From assembly GCF_001194135.2 (NCBI RefSeq), contig NC_069002.1, positions 17,968,072-18,017,148 of the forward strand: a stretch of DNA of 49,077 bases, written 5' to 3'. A program made the translations under genes and the position numbers. Origin of the DNA: Octopus bimaculoides. Lineage: Eukaryota. Each line of letters starts with the position of its first letter. The stretch's first letter is position 1. Below are positions 11,181-23,481 of the stretch, one piece after another. A model generated the notes under the pieces. That model worked only from the letters and a program-made list of their open reading frames with translations, was not told where the DNA came from and did not search any database.

Positions 11181-11883
11181 TGCTGTACGTGAGAAGACCC
11201 GGCAAGCCAAGTGAGACCATAATCCAAGGCCTCTGCCAGGGATGTAGCCAGCTCACTTATGCGTAACATTCTTTCTTTGGACACTAAACTCTGCTTCCAA
11301 AGACCTGTTGAGGCAAGTGAAATCAAAATCGAACTAAATTTGTAGACTGGCACCCATGCCAACGTCTTCGTTGAGCACTAAACTTGGCTTGTGAAGACCT
11401 GTTGGGGCAAGCAAAAGTGAAATTGTGATAGCACCTGTACCAGTAAATCACTAAGAGCACCGTCCGAGCGTGATCATTGCCAGAGCACCAGCTGTCTGGC
11501 TTCCGTGCTGGTGGCACGTAAATAGCACCATTTGAGCATGACCGTTACCAACGTCGCCTTCCTGGCACGTGAAAAGACATTCGAGCAAGTTCGTTGCCAG
11601 TACCGCTGGACTGGCCCTTGTGCAGGTGGCACATAAAATACACCATTTCGAGCATGGCCGTTGCCAGTACCTCCTGACTGGCCTTCGTGCCGGTGGCACG
11701 TAAAAGCACCCACTACACTCTTGGAGTGGTTGGCATTAGGAAGGGCATCCAACTGTAGAAACTCTGCCAAATCAGATTGGAGCCTGGTGTAGCCATCTGG
11801 TTCGCCAGTCCTCAGTCAAATCATCCAACCTATGCTAGCATGGAAGGCGGACGTTAAACGAGGATGATGATGATGATGATGAT
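11181..11883 (+). mobile_element. Non-autonomous RTE-tail retroelement with (GAT)n tail
   Basis: Closely matches 81-708; inserted after a (TA)n tract. Confidence 0.85.
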
Positions 11884-11895
11884 ATATATATATAC

Positions 11896-12058
11896 TTTTA
11901 TTCTTTTATTTGTTTCAGTCATTTGACTGTGGCCATGCTGGAGCACCACCTTTATTCAAGCAAATTGACCCCAGAACTTATTCTTTGTAAGCCTAGTACT
12001 TACTCTATCAGTCTCTTTTGCCAAACTGCTAAGTTACGAGGACATAAACACACCACCA
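11896..12058 (-). mobile_element. SINE 3' half
   Basis: Matches 14939-15110. Confidence 0.75.
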
Positions 12059-12272
12059 TCATATATATATATTTCATTTCAATTTCATTTCAAAGTTTCA
12101 GCTCAGAGCTGCGGCCATGCTGATGCACCACCGCATCTATAATTCCACAAGTAATACCAAGGGGCTGGAGAGGCAGTGCACAATTCCCATCTTCTGCCCA
12201 TAGCATTAATTACATGAGACACAATATGATGGTAGTGGAACAGAAATAATAGAAGGGAACAAATGTACTCAC

Positions 12273-12312
12273 ACATCAGAAGCTGTGCTCATATCAATTT
12301 TCTGGCAGAGAC
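12273..12312 (-). other. Candidate small upstream exon (40 nt) of the minus-strand gene
   Basis: Minus-strand acceptor TTTTGTCTTTAATATAACTGCAG| and donor T|GTGAGT; contains ATG AGC ACA GCT TCT GAT GT; splice signals only. Confidence 0.3.
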
Positions 12313-12797
12313 CTGCAGTTATATTAAAGACAAAATAAATATGGATTGTGATCGAAGAAAAACCAAATATATATACATATTTGTTAATTTTTAAAGTAAA
12401 CATTATCATAAATCCATTTCATCCAATTTTACCAATTGGTTTCACACACAATTACCAAAAACTGTGCTCATCAAAGCAGTCTGAATGGAAAAAATATGGC
12501 AAAAACTCTCTGCAACTGGAGGTCAGCAAGTGTCACATCTGCTTAATGGGTTCTGTGAGAAACATGGAATGAATCTGTGGGAGAAGATCACAGGAAGATT
12601 CCACCTAAAGTTACATGCTTTGCCCAGTACACACACACCTGAGTGGTAACTACCAGCAATTTTGAAACCTTATTTTTTTTTAAACCTGGTACTTATCCTA
12701 TCAGTCTCTTGTATATATAGTTGTTTTTTTTAATATTAAAACTGAAACCAAGAGTTTATCTTGTGACTTAAGTGACTCAGTACTGGTAATCTGTCTG

Positions 12798-12833
<36 letters not shown>

Positions 12834-13732
12834 NNNNNNNNNNNNNNNNNNNNNNNNNNNNNNNNNNNNNNNNNNNNNNNNNNNNNNNNNNNNNNNNNNN
12901 NNNNNNNNNNNNNNNNNNNNNNNNNNNNNNNNNNNNNNNNNNNNNNNNNNNNNNNNNNNNNNNNNNNNNNNNNNNNNNNNNNNNNNNNNNNNNNNNNNNN
13001 NNNNNNNNNNNNNNNNNNNNNNNNNNNNNNNNNNNNNNNNNNNNNNNNNNNNNNNNNNNNNNNNNNNNNNNNNNNNNNNNNNNNNNNNNNNNNNNNNNNN
13101 NNNNNNNNNNNNNNNNNNNNNNNNNNNNNNNNNNNNNNNNNNNNNNNNNNNNNNNNNNNNNNNNNNNNNNNNNNNNNNNNNNNNNNNNNNNNNNNNNNNN
13201 NNNNNNNNNNNNNNNNNNNNNNNNNNNNNNNNNNNNNNNNNNNNNNNNNNNNNNNNNNNNNNNNNNNNNNNNNNNNNNNNNNNNNNNNNNNNNNNNNNNN
13301 NNNNNNNNNNNNNNNNNNNNNNNNNNNNNNNNNNNNNNNNNNNNNNNNNNNNNNNNNNNNNNNNNNNNNNNNNNNNNNNNNNNNNNNNNNNNNNNNNNNN
13401 NNNNNNNNNNNNNNNNNNNNNNNNNNNNNNNNNNNNNNNNNNNNNNNNNNNNNNNNNNNNNNNNNNNNNNNNNNNNNNNNNNNNNNNNNNNNNNNNNNNN
13501 NNNNNNNNNNNNNNNNNNNNNNNNNNNNNNNNNNNNNNNNNNNNNNNNNNNNNNNNNNNNNNNNNNNNNNNNNNNNNNNNNNNNNNNNNNNNNNNNNNNN
13601 NNNNNNNNNNNNNNNNNNNNNNNNNNNNNNNNNNNNNNNNNNNNNNNNNNNNNNNNNNNNNNNNNNNNNNNNNNNNNNNNNNNNNNNNNNNNNNNNNNNN
13701 NNNNNNNNNNNNNNNNNNNNNNNNNNNNNNNN
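12834..13732. other. Assembly gap flanked by (TA)n
   Basis: Run of N. Confidence 0.99.
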
Positions 13733-13862
13733 TATATATATATATATATATTTATTTATTTATTCTCACTTGAATGCAGATGTTCTGTTAGAACAAACTA
13801 TACTGCAGTAGATACCATGAGAGAAAATCTCATATTGGCTTTTGGTGCAAAATGCACTTTTG

Positions 13863-13981
13863 TTTATATCACTAGCCCAGACCACCAGATCACGTGACTT
13901 TGACCTTCCTTGGTTTTGTCAATGATGGATGCATAACCACTGAAGATTGCAGCAAACTCTTCTCCCCACCAGTGATATAAA
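13863..13981. mobile_element. ~120-bp MITE-like element
   Basis: TTTATATCACT...AGTGATATAAA 11-bp inverted termini; inner CACTA...CAGTG flanked by AT on both sides. Confidence 0.4.
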
Positions 13982-14400
13982 GAATAAGTGCCTGAACAGG
14001 CACTGGTATCACAATTAGCCAGTGAGCTTGTTAAAATATATATATCAGCAACAGAGATAGTATTAATACCAAGAGGTAATATTTATCCTGACTTAAATGT
14101 GGATGTTCTATTAAACTTATACTCCCCATGAGAGGTAATATTTATCTGTTGATGTACAGGGGTGCTCTGGTACAGTTTTTCTGTAGATTGTTGAATATAA
14201 ATAAAAATAGGTGTAAAATAGATGGTTTTCATTCGACATATTTTACTAACATAAAAAAAAATGCTGTTATTTTATGAAGATGGGGAAATGCTTGCATGTT
14301 AATGTTTTTTTTTCTTTTTCTTTAAATTTCTTGCTTGAAACAAAACAGTTCCAGAAGTGAATCAAATTGACACCACAGAATTAAGAACTGCAGAACTCAC

Positions 14401-14427
14401 AATGAAAGAAGAGAGAATAACTATCTC
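14401..14427 (-). other. Candidate 27-nt microexon of the minus-strand gene
   Basis: Minus-strand CATTAACAG| acceptor and CATT|GTGAGT donor; splice signals only. Confidence 0.2.
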
Positions 14428-14938
14428 CTGTTAATGGGTCTATAGTGTTTTAGGTACCGTTTGATGCTAGTTTGGTCCTTAAGATAATAAATTTTTTTAT
14501 GATAATGAGAATAACAATCTGATAATAGTGTTATTAAAGCTATGAATTGTATATACAAAATGATTTCAAGATGGGAGTGAATTAATTGTATTCTGTTTAA
14601 AAGTCATAATATTGTCAATGTTAGTTTATTTTTAAAAAATCAATTAACTTTTAACATTACCCAGCTGCCTGTCATGCATTTGAGTGGGAGAAACAACATG
14701 AATTCTTGTCATTCTCATGTAATACTGACGGAAAGGGACGAACCAGTGCTATATCTAGTCACAGGCTGGAAAGCTTTCCATAGCAGATGTCTCTTTGAGC
14801 TGTCTGTGTGTGCACATGTTTTACAACTAGCACACAAGGATCAAAATATGAAATTGTTTATTTTTAATTCAAGAAATTTGAGCAATGGTTACTCGCATGG
14901 ATATGTACATAGTTTCCAAAGAAGCACATTTCTATTCT

Positions 14939-15292
14939 CTTTTACTCTTTTACTTGTTTCAGTCTTTTGACTGTGGCCATGCTGGAGCACCGCCTTTAGT
15001 CGAGCAAATCGACCCCAGGACTTATTCTTTAGAAGCCTAGTACTTATTCTATCGGTCTCTTTTGCTGAACCGCTAAGTTACGGGGACATAAACACACCAG
15101 CATCGGTTGTCAAGCGATGTTGGGGGGGGGGGACAAACACAGACACACAAACGCATACACATATATATATATATATACATATATACAACAGGCTTCTTTC
15201 AGTTTCCATCTACCAAATCCACTCACAAGGCTTTGGTTGGCCCGAGGCTATAGTAGAAGACACTTGCCCAAGATGCCATGCAGTGGGACTCC
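14939..15292 (-). mobile_element. Bipartite tRNA-derived SINE with central microsatellite
   Basis: Reverse complement of 40821-41217; head GGCA.CTTGGGCAAGTGTCTTCTACTATAGCC, central (TA/TG)n, tail GCTCCAGCATGGCC.CAGTC. Confidence 0.85.
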
Positions 15293-18200
15293 CATATGCA
15301 AGTTGTTTAGTGTTGTCTCATATAGTAAGTTGAAAATTTTCAATCAACTGAGATTATTCAAACAATTAGTACACAAAAACTCCTTCTATGGGTGTTTAAA
15401 AATTTATAAAACAAATATAGGAGCTAGAGAGCAAGGGTCTGATCTTTAAAACTAACTGCTGACAACCTCATTGAAAATAGTCTAATAAATAAGCAAGACT
15501 TAGATCAACATATGTATAGAAAAAGAGGGAATATAGTGATATTGTATAATACGACCCTTAATTTAGATACTAAAATGGAATGTAAAATTATTAGCCTCAT
15601 AAAAACCCACACATTGCAAGATCTCAACAAATTTGTTTTACACATAGAACTGTTTCCTTTCTTTTTAAATAAGGTTGCATATAAACAAACACTACTAAAT
15701 TTGCTCCATGTTGGGTTTGTCTCATTGACTCTTTGTAGAAGTAAAATCGAGCCTTCTATGTAAAGGCCCTTCCTCTGCATAGAAAGTTCGATCTGCAATA
15801 AATAGCAGTGGACTGTTTCAAATTACAACTTACTCTCTATCATATCAGAAAAGGACACTCACAATGAATGATGTAATGCAAGGCGGAAAAAAAATGAGAC
15901 GGTCACAACTGAAGCACTTTTGATCATAACTAGGAACAGGTTGTGGTTTCAAAGCGATGAAAATATTTTGACAAATTAAATTAAAATGTTGAAGTGAATC
16001 TAACGGGGTTTTTTGTGTTTTTGAATGGCATATAAACACCTTCCACATAAACGAGCGATGAAAGAAAAAACAAAAAAATTGGTGGAACTGGAGGACAATC
16101 CCCCCCTCCTAAACTGACCCTTTCCGATTTTTTTTTCTTCACAGGATTCCTATGTTTGCGATGACAAAGATTCCAAATATGCAAAAAACCATGAAATTAA
16201 AATCCTGGTTCAATGACTGATCGATCAAGTTACTAAAGTTTTAACGTTGTTGGTAATAAATTCTCTCTTTTAATTGAATATTAGAAAAGAGAGAAAATGC
16301 AAGGGAAATTAATTTTGGTGGTAACGACTAAACTCCTTGATTCATTATCACAATTAAAATAAAATTCTGCGGTGTAACATTGCGCAAGTTAATTTCCGTA
16401 AATGTTTTTCTTGTGTACTAAGAGCTGTAGTTATGCCGTCCACTGTATAGTCGTTCGAAATGCGTGAAATAAAAGCCAATATTGTCTTACAATGCGAGGA
16501 TACATTGTTGTGATTCGGGGGACATTGAAATAATCTAATCAATGGGCAAGGCTGAAAGATTAGCATAGGTGTAGGAAAAGAGTTATACTGAAATGGAAGG
16601 TAAAATTATTAGCCTCGTATAAGCCCCCCGCACAGACACTTCTCAAAATCTCGATGGATTTATTGAAACAAGTGTTTTTTTTTAGTTTTTTTTTAGGGTT
16701 CACAACTGGGACGTCTTTCATTATAGGACTGCTCGGTCAGAGCTGACCCAGGGATAAACACTCACAAAGTGATTTATTTTATATACGTGTTGTTCACTAT
16801 GTGGTTTGCAGAAGTCTCTAGTTCGTGTTCGCGCGAAAATCAATTAGAAAATAATGATGATTCTAAGGCCTTTAATGACGACAGTGATTTAAGAGAAAAG
16901 CAAAAATGGGAACTTGTCATGTCTATGCTTCCTCAGAGACATCAGTGAAGTGATAATGATCTTTAAAATAATTTCTTATAAGTACAAAGGTGATAACAAC
17001 CTTAAAAATAATTTCAAATATCGGCACAATGACCCATGTTTTAGCATATTAGTCAATTATATCGAACCGATTCTGATCCGGTACCAGCGAAAGGGTATCG
17101 ATAGGATGATAATAATAAAAATTATTTCATTTTTATTACTCTTCATTAAAAAATCATAATAATGAGGACGATGGTAATAATGACAATAATATTGAGAGTT
17201 TAGCATAATTAGATTGGTTTTCAAAACTTTCCGTAAAGATGAAAACAACTGCATTTTTTTACGTCAAATAAAAATATACAAAACAAAGAAGTGTTGATAA
17301 CAACTTTAAATAGTAAAATAAGTTAACTTAACCTTATACACTGATCTTTAGGATCGATGTGTGAATAGAGTAAATCGAAACAATTTACAAGGGAGTTAGT
17401 GAACGAAAAATTACCTTCAAATAGACTGGATTGGCAGTTGGCAGTTTATCATTCCCATTGATGACGTTATTGAAGTTGGTTGTTACGTAGAAGAAATCGA
17501 AGTCGTTTGATCACATCTAAACATAATTTATCTTAAATCGTCAAGTTACACTTAAAAAAGTTAACAGTTCGGATATTAGTTACTCCTGGTTAATTAAATA
17601 ATCGTGAAGAGTTAAGTTCTCTGTGAGACCAATTCGTACGCCGTTTCAATTCTCAATCGAAATTAATCCATCTCAATTTTTTTTTTACGGCCTTTGAATA
17701 AATCGCGAACAATCTCATAATCTTATTCTCTATCAATTTGCGGTTTCATGCTTACATAAATTTTGCAATGGTGTGCGTGAATATGAAGTTAGCTAACTAC
17801 AAGGTCAGTAAAAATAGAACACCAGGTCGACATTTTATAACCCATAGTTAGAGCATATAAGTGGCTAAAACAATGTATTTCAACGCTGATCATGTAGTCG
17901 TATTTCAAATTTTATAATTCCTTTATTAAAGATTTCAGTCGTTAGAAGCATAATGGGAAGTTTTCAACAAACCAGATCTGCGCTCCAGTTTCAATCCTAC
18001 ACAGAACTATTTCATTTTACATTTGTGGCTAGAGAAAAGGCCAAATATCACAGCTGGTCATTTACTCGTTCCTTTTTTCCTTTTCAGTGGTGGAAACAGA
18101 AGGTACACATTCCTCTTTCTAGTTACTGAGGCAGTTTATAGTCTAACTCCCACCCTCCACCATATCCTCGGCCTTGTGGGCCTTAGTCTACCTCTAGTTT

Positions 18201-18467
18201 CAGAAAATCTTTTTCCATCCCTCTCCTTTTCGCATTGTCAGTGCTATGCTAGTTACAATAGTTTATTATAGCCCATTACAGTCCCATCTATTGTTTGTCC
18301 CCTCTATGTTTAGCCCCTTGTGGGCAATAAAGAAATAAGAACACTAGTTAGTAACAAGTGAGTAGAAAACAACCGTGCAAACCAAAGGAGAATGGTGACG
18401 AATGGTACAGGCTCCTTTTAACGCGTCACACGGTCGACACAAAATATATATCATAAAAGAACTCACA

Positions 18468-19297
18468 TGTGAAATGCGAGGAAATGCCAGCAAGGAAAGA
18501 GAGAGACACAACCGTTAAAGATATATATATAAATAATAAGTTTTATTAGTGTAGTAAACTGTGTGTCTGTGTGTGCGGCAATATAAATAACACAATATAT
18601 ATGACAGGTCGTCATGTGAACAAGAGTGTGTATACATAAATATGTGTGTGAGGGAATGAGAAATACAGAGCATGGAAAAGAGTCTGTAACATGGACGATA
18701 AGCGTTGTGAACACAAAGATAAGAAAACACCAGTTCATAGTTGAGTTACACAGTAGATAGAATGTCTGTACATAAGAGGTTGTGGCCGAATAGCAGAGCT
18801 GAAGTGTCACATGTTGTGAGAAGAAGTTGAGGCTACGATGCTGCGACCGGTTACTTGGTACAGAAGATTCTCACAGGTTGTTCTGCCTGTTACTTCATGG
18901 TGGAAACAATCCACACGAACAGAGTCAAGAAAGGCTGCGGTTGCTGTTGGTAGCTTGTGTACATAGTGACTTCATGTTGGCACTGGTGACGAGACTGTAG
19001 TAGACAGTAGAACGGTGGTGTTGACATTGTCGCTGGAAACTGGCTGGAGCTGTGTAGTCAACGACCAGACCTCAGAGAGGTCTAAAATCGCGACACACTG
19101 GTGTGGATAAAGCAGGCTATTTCATAGAGAAAAAAGGGACTCCAGAAACATCAGAAAAGCACTCTCTTGCGTGACCACGATTGGTCGGTATGCACCCTGG
19201 CGCGAAACAGAACCAGTGACAAATGCTGCGCAAATAAGTGCCAATCAGGGTGATGGACACAGCAGGGTCCAAGGCGGGCCGAAGGCTAGATGTTACC
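18468..19297. mobile_element. GC/CpG-rich ~830-bp solo-LTR-like element
   Basis: Begins TGTGAAA, ends GTTACC; sharp compositional contrast; CCAAT/ATTGG boxes; no ORF; no TSD found. Confidence 0.45.
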
Positions 19298-20777
19298 CGC
19301 TATGTTCGCATTTGTAAATAAATAACTGAGAGGTGGTTTCACTACAAGTGTGTAGCATTGGATTTGATCCCACATTTTTCCACATATGAATCTCATGCCA
19401 CAATTCAATCATAGTTTGATCATGTGTGCAACTGAGATTTTATCCAATGAATGGCTGTTGTTCATGTGATAGTTTGGTGGCCCAACTAAAACTTTCCATG
19501 TGCAGGGCCAATAAATACAGTCAGTTTAAGTTCCAAAAGTTCAGAGTATCTTGAGTCAAGTTTGAATTACACTCTCCATGTAGCTGTTCTCATTGCTGCA
19601 TATTCAATTGAGTATAATCAAAGAAGACATGATATAGCACCTGAATATTTACTTGATATGTAAAAGCCAGCCCAAGTGTTAAATTTTGGACAGACATTTT
19701 CCTCACATGTCATATTACACTATTTCATCTTATTGTTTTCGTTAATTGTATTGCATAACACCTTTTCTACTAATGTAACAAAATAAATTATGTTCAAACA
19801 TAAAAAAAAAAACCTTTGTTACAAGTGTTTTATGGATCTGGAAAAGAAAGAAAAAACAAAATCAGTGCTCTGCTACTCTGATACTCAACATCAGATCAAG
19901 ATTCTGGAGGAAATAATCTATGAAAGACAACAATAAAGTATGTAAGTTCTTTTTCATTTCTTTCATGCAACCAGAAGCTAGAACAACAAAGCCTAGACCT
20001 CTTCTGGCCTAAACCATACTCTAATTCAATATGGTTATGTATGGATTTGAATGAGACAGTCAACTCATACAGACAAAAGTAGCAATTTACATGATTCACA
20101 AGAAACAAGATTTGAGCTAAACGTCTATAGAATTGATGGTATGGCTCAAATATGTTATGTGACCAGAAATTATCGTTGAGAGAAAAGAAAGGAAATTGGT
20201 ATCCTAACTGTATCAAGTTACAGTAAATATTTCATTCAAGTGAAATGAGTATGTAGCATTCAGTTCCACTGGCTGCATTCTACCATGTAAGGAGAGGGAG
20301 AACAAGCCTCGAGTTCTGTTTATATAGACAGTACTTTGTGGAGAGCTACTGCTCTTTCACTGACTTTAATAAACTGGTGAAAAATTGTGAATAACTAAAA
20401 TTTACCTGGGTCATAAGGGTCACTGCAGTGCTCTATTGTCTTTGTCAGACTTGCTGTGAATAGTAGCATAATGGGAAGAGGGTTCACTCCACTTTGGGCA
20501 ATGCCTTTATGGGGGCAGCACTTTTGGATCTGTTATATAAGCCTGTATTGGCTTGTGGGTTTGGAGTGGGGGGGGGGAACAAACTCAAGGGTTGCACACA
20601 CTCTAGCTGTGCCACTGCTATTGAATGTAGATCTTCATTCTGACTATGGTCTGTGTGTAATGATTTACATTGAATCCCTTGTTAAATCTCATTGTAACCA
20701 GACAGCCACCATCACTGAATCCTTAACGACAATGATATCACATAAATCCCTTCTATTTTAAGCAGAATGTCTGATAG

Positions 20778-21070
20778 GGGGGGGGGAGCTAGTCAATTAC
20801 GTTGACCCCAGTGCTTATTTCATTGACCCAGAAAGGATGAAAGATAAAGTCAACCTCAGTGGAATTTGAACACAGAAATGGTATCATAAAAAATGACTGA
20901 TCATTTCCAGAGTTTACAGGGCGGCGGATTGACAGAATAATTGGAACGTCAAATGAAATACTTCTTGGCTCTTTATGTTCTGAGTTCATATTCTGCTGGT
21001 GACAAATTTACTTTTCATTCTTCTGGGGTCAGTAAAAACAGTACCTTTCAAGTATTGGAATCAATGGTAT
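20778..21070. mobile_element. Head-to-head pair of SINE fragments (minus ~20778-20880, plus ~20920-21070)
   Basis: Both resemble 30677-30888 in opposite orientations. Confidence 0.55.
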
Positions 21071-21071
21071 C

Positions 21072-21537
21072 TGTAACGAACAGCTACCAAATACCTAAGC
21101 CAGGATTCAAAATCTAATCTACATCTAACAAGTCATTGGCCTATTGTTTCAGCCTGTTGCACTAAGAAATTTATGAGAATAAGCTAACTACTTGGACTTT
21201 CTCAATGCATTCATCGGTCAAAGCTGATTAGAGAGGAGAAAGCCTTTCTTTGCACTTGACCTAATTTAGTTGCAAAGAATATAAAACACATGAAGCCAAG
21301 TAGCTTTCTCTTTTTTGGGGTTTACCAGTATCTGGTCAAAGAGCAACTGTTTCAGTATGATGATCTATGTACGAGAGTAGATCTATCATCCTCTCTACTT
21401 CCTGAGACTGTATTACTCTGTCTCTCTTTAGTAGTCACTGAGAGATGAAGCTAGCTCCCATCCACAATGGACATGGAACTAAAGACAATTTGTTTACTGC
21501 AGCAACAAACAAACTATCAAAGTTATATCTTCATATA
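21072..21537 (+). repeat. LTR-like dispersed repeat, copy 1
   Basis: TGTAAC start; homologous to 23938-24315 (e.g. GTCACTGAGAGATGAAGCTAGCT.CCATCCACAATGGACATGGAACTAAAGACAATTT). Confidence 0.7.
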
Positions 21538-23039
21538 TTGTAATGGCTAACATTATAATCGCATTAAATAAATGGTCATCTTAATAAATAATAATGTTCT
21601 TCACTCATTCATTTACATGATGCATATTAACATAACCATTGTAAACTGATGACCAACTATCATATTTTTGTTATACATGGTGACCCTCGACTTACAAGAA
21701 TTGCACACCTTCTGAACCAATTACACAAAAATTATTACATTTGACTTAAGATAATTATTGCCTTCTTAATAAATTACCAAATGCTGCATTTCTCCCTATG
21801 ATTGGAGATGATCAAAATATACCAAACCAAAGTCTGAAATATCTCTATCAAATTCCCAAAGAATATGAAGTGTTCAAACAGTTTAATCTTGCCTTTTAAA
21901 ACCAATATGCACCCTTTTTAACTTGAAATACATAGTCTTTATAAAGCTATCATTCATGGACCAATAAGGGAAACAAAAAAAAAAAATGCAGCCTGTATCA
22001 AAATTCCAGTCAACTATCAACTGGCAACAACACACATTCTACCTACCAAACCAATGCAGCTGACTGCAATGAACCTCATTAATAACCAAATTGCACCTTT
22101 GCACATTTTCTCAAGATCTACAAGTGAACTGCACCAGAAGCTGCACATCCAGATAAATAACTACTGTCCGCACAAGAACTCACAGAAACTATGAAAGCTA
22201 GCAAGTGCAACTTTTTCAACAGTCACACACTTTTTGTTTACATCTCAAAGTTTAAAATATCTTGAATTTTTCCAGCATTCCACATGGACATTTGTACATT
22301 TAGACTATTATAGACTCTCAAGAACTTTTTCTTAGCATGCACCTATTTTTTCTTGCATTTCAGTATCTGATTTCTTGCAAAGAACAACACCACCCATCAA
22401 GTTTATCATACCATATTTCTTTCTTCCATTTACATTATTTCATATGGTTGACTATGCTTTCTGCCTCGCAAACTTTTATTTATTAGCACATTCATAAACC
22501 CACAACACAATTTTGTTCAAAATTTTATGCCTAAAAGACTCATTCTGTGAAGCCTTAATTCTGCAATGACTTAACTCTGCAAAGACAACTAATTCACATG
22601 CATATGCTTTTATAATGTATTTTTGACTACTTGCATTGCATATGTTTTCATGTACACATATTGTTCACTGCTCTTTTAGACGTTTGCAGATTTTTTGCAG
22701 ATTAATCAATCTTAGCATTATTCTATATATTTGAAAAAAAAAAATATTATTCAACGTTAATTTCCCTAATATCATTCATTTTGACCAAAAGTTTGTTTGT
22801 TCTTTTGAAACAACAGCTAAGTTCTTATTTTATTGCATATATAACTCAATCAATGCTCTTTACATTTCCTCTTTCCCATCAACATCTTGCTTGCTAAGAC
22901 CACATGTAGTTGAGGCTCCTTTCTTATTGCATAAATGTTTCTATGTTAAATATGCTGACAAAAGTGTAATATTAGTAATATTAATATTAATATTATTAAT
23001 AATTCTTCATCACTCACTCTCTCTTGCTCTCTCCCTCTG

Positions 23040-23481
23040 ACTGGGTAACTATGTATCTCTTCTACAGCAATACATCTGTTTCTATCCCTCTGTCACACTC
23101 CAACTTCTCATCATCTGGCACAGGGTCACCACCTCCAATACTCACTCCCTCTCAAAGGATATTTGTCTTGCAAGTTACCTGGTGATTCCACCAGTGCTGA
23201 TGTCATGTAAATAGCATCTGGTCCACACTGTAAAGTGGTTGGTATTTTTGAAGAGCATCCAGCTGTAAAAACCATGCCAAAACATCTCGCCAGTGCTGGT
23301 ACCTCATAAAAAGTATTCAGTCTCACTCTGCAATGTAGTTGGTGTTAGGAAGAGCATCCAGCTGTAAAAAACATACCAAAGCTGACAGTGAAGCCTGATC
23401 TACCTTCTGCCTAGCCAACTCCTGTCAAACTACCCAACCCATGCCAGCATGGAAAATGGACGTAAAATGATGATAATGATA
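23040..23481 (+). mobile_element. SINE/non-autonomous element with RTE-type tail
   Basis: TTGTCTTGCAAGTTACCTGGTG...AACCCATGCCAGCATGGAAAATGGACGTAAAATGATGAT; the GAAGAGCATCCAGCTGTAAAAA segment occurs twice. Confidence 0.7.

Noticed and set aside
14349-14434. Plus-strand terminal-exon-like frame PEVNQIDTTELRTAELTMKEERITISC* followed by AATAAA
   Set aside because: No upstream plus-strand exons found, and it overlaps a competing minus-strand microexon; cannot be supported without RNA data.
16145-16220. Plus-strand exon after a strong TTTTCTTCACAG acceptor
   Set aside because: Two frames are open briefly to a stop, no homology recognised, and no partner exons defined.
19860-20220. Possible mariner transposase remnant (LNETVNSY...) and 106-aa minus ORF
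   Set aside because: Similarity too faint to call; no TIR located.
21990-22200. ILPT...LINNQI peptide as a Helitron Pif1 helicase fragment
   Set aside because: One short motif only; other helicase motifs absent.
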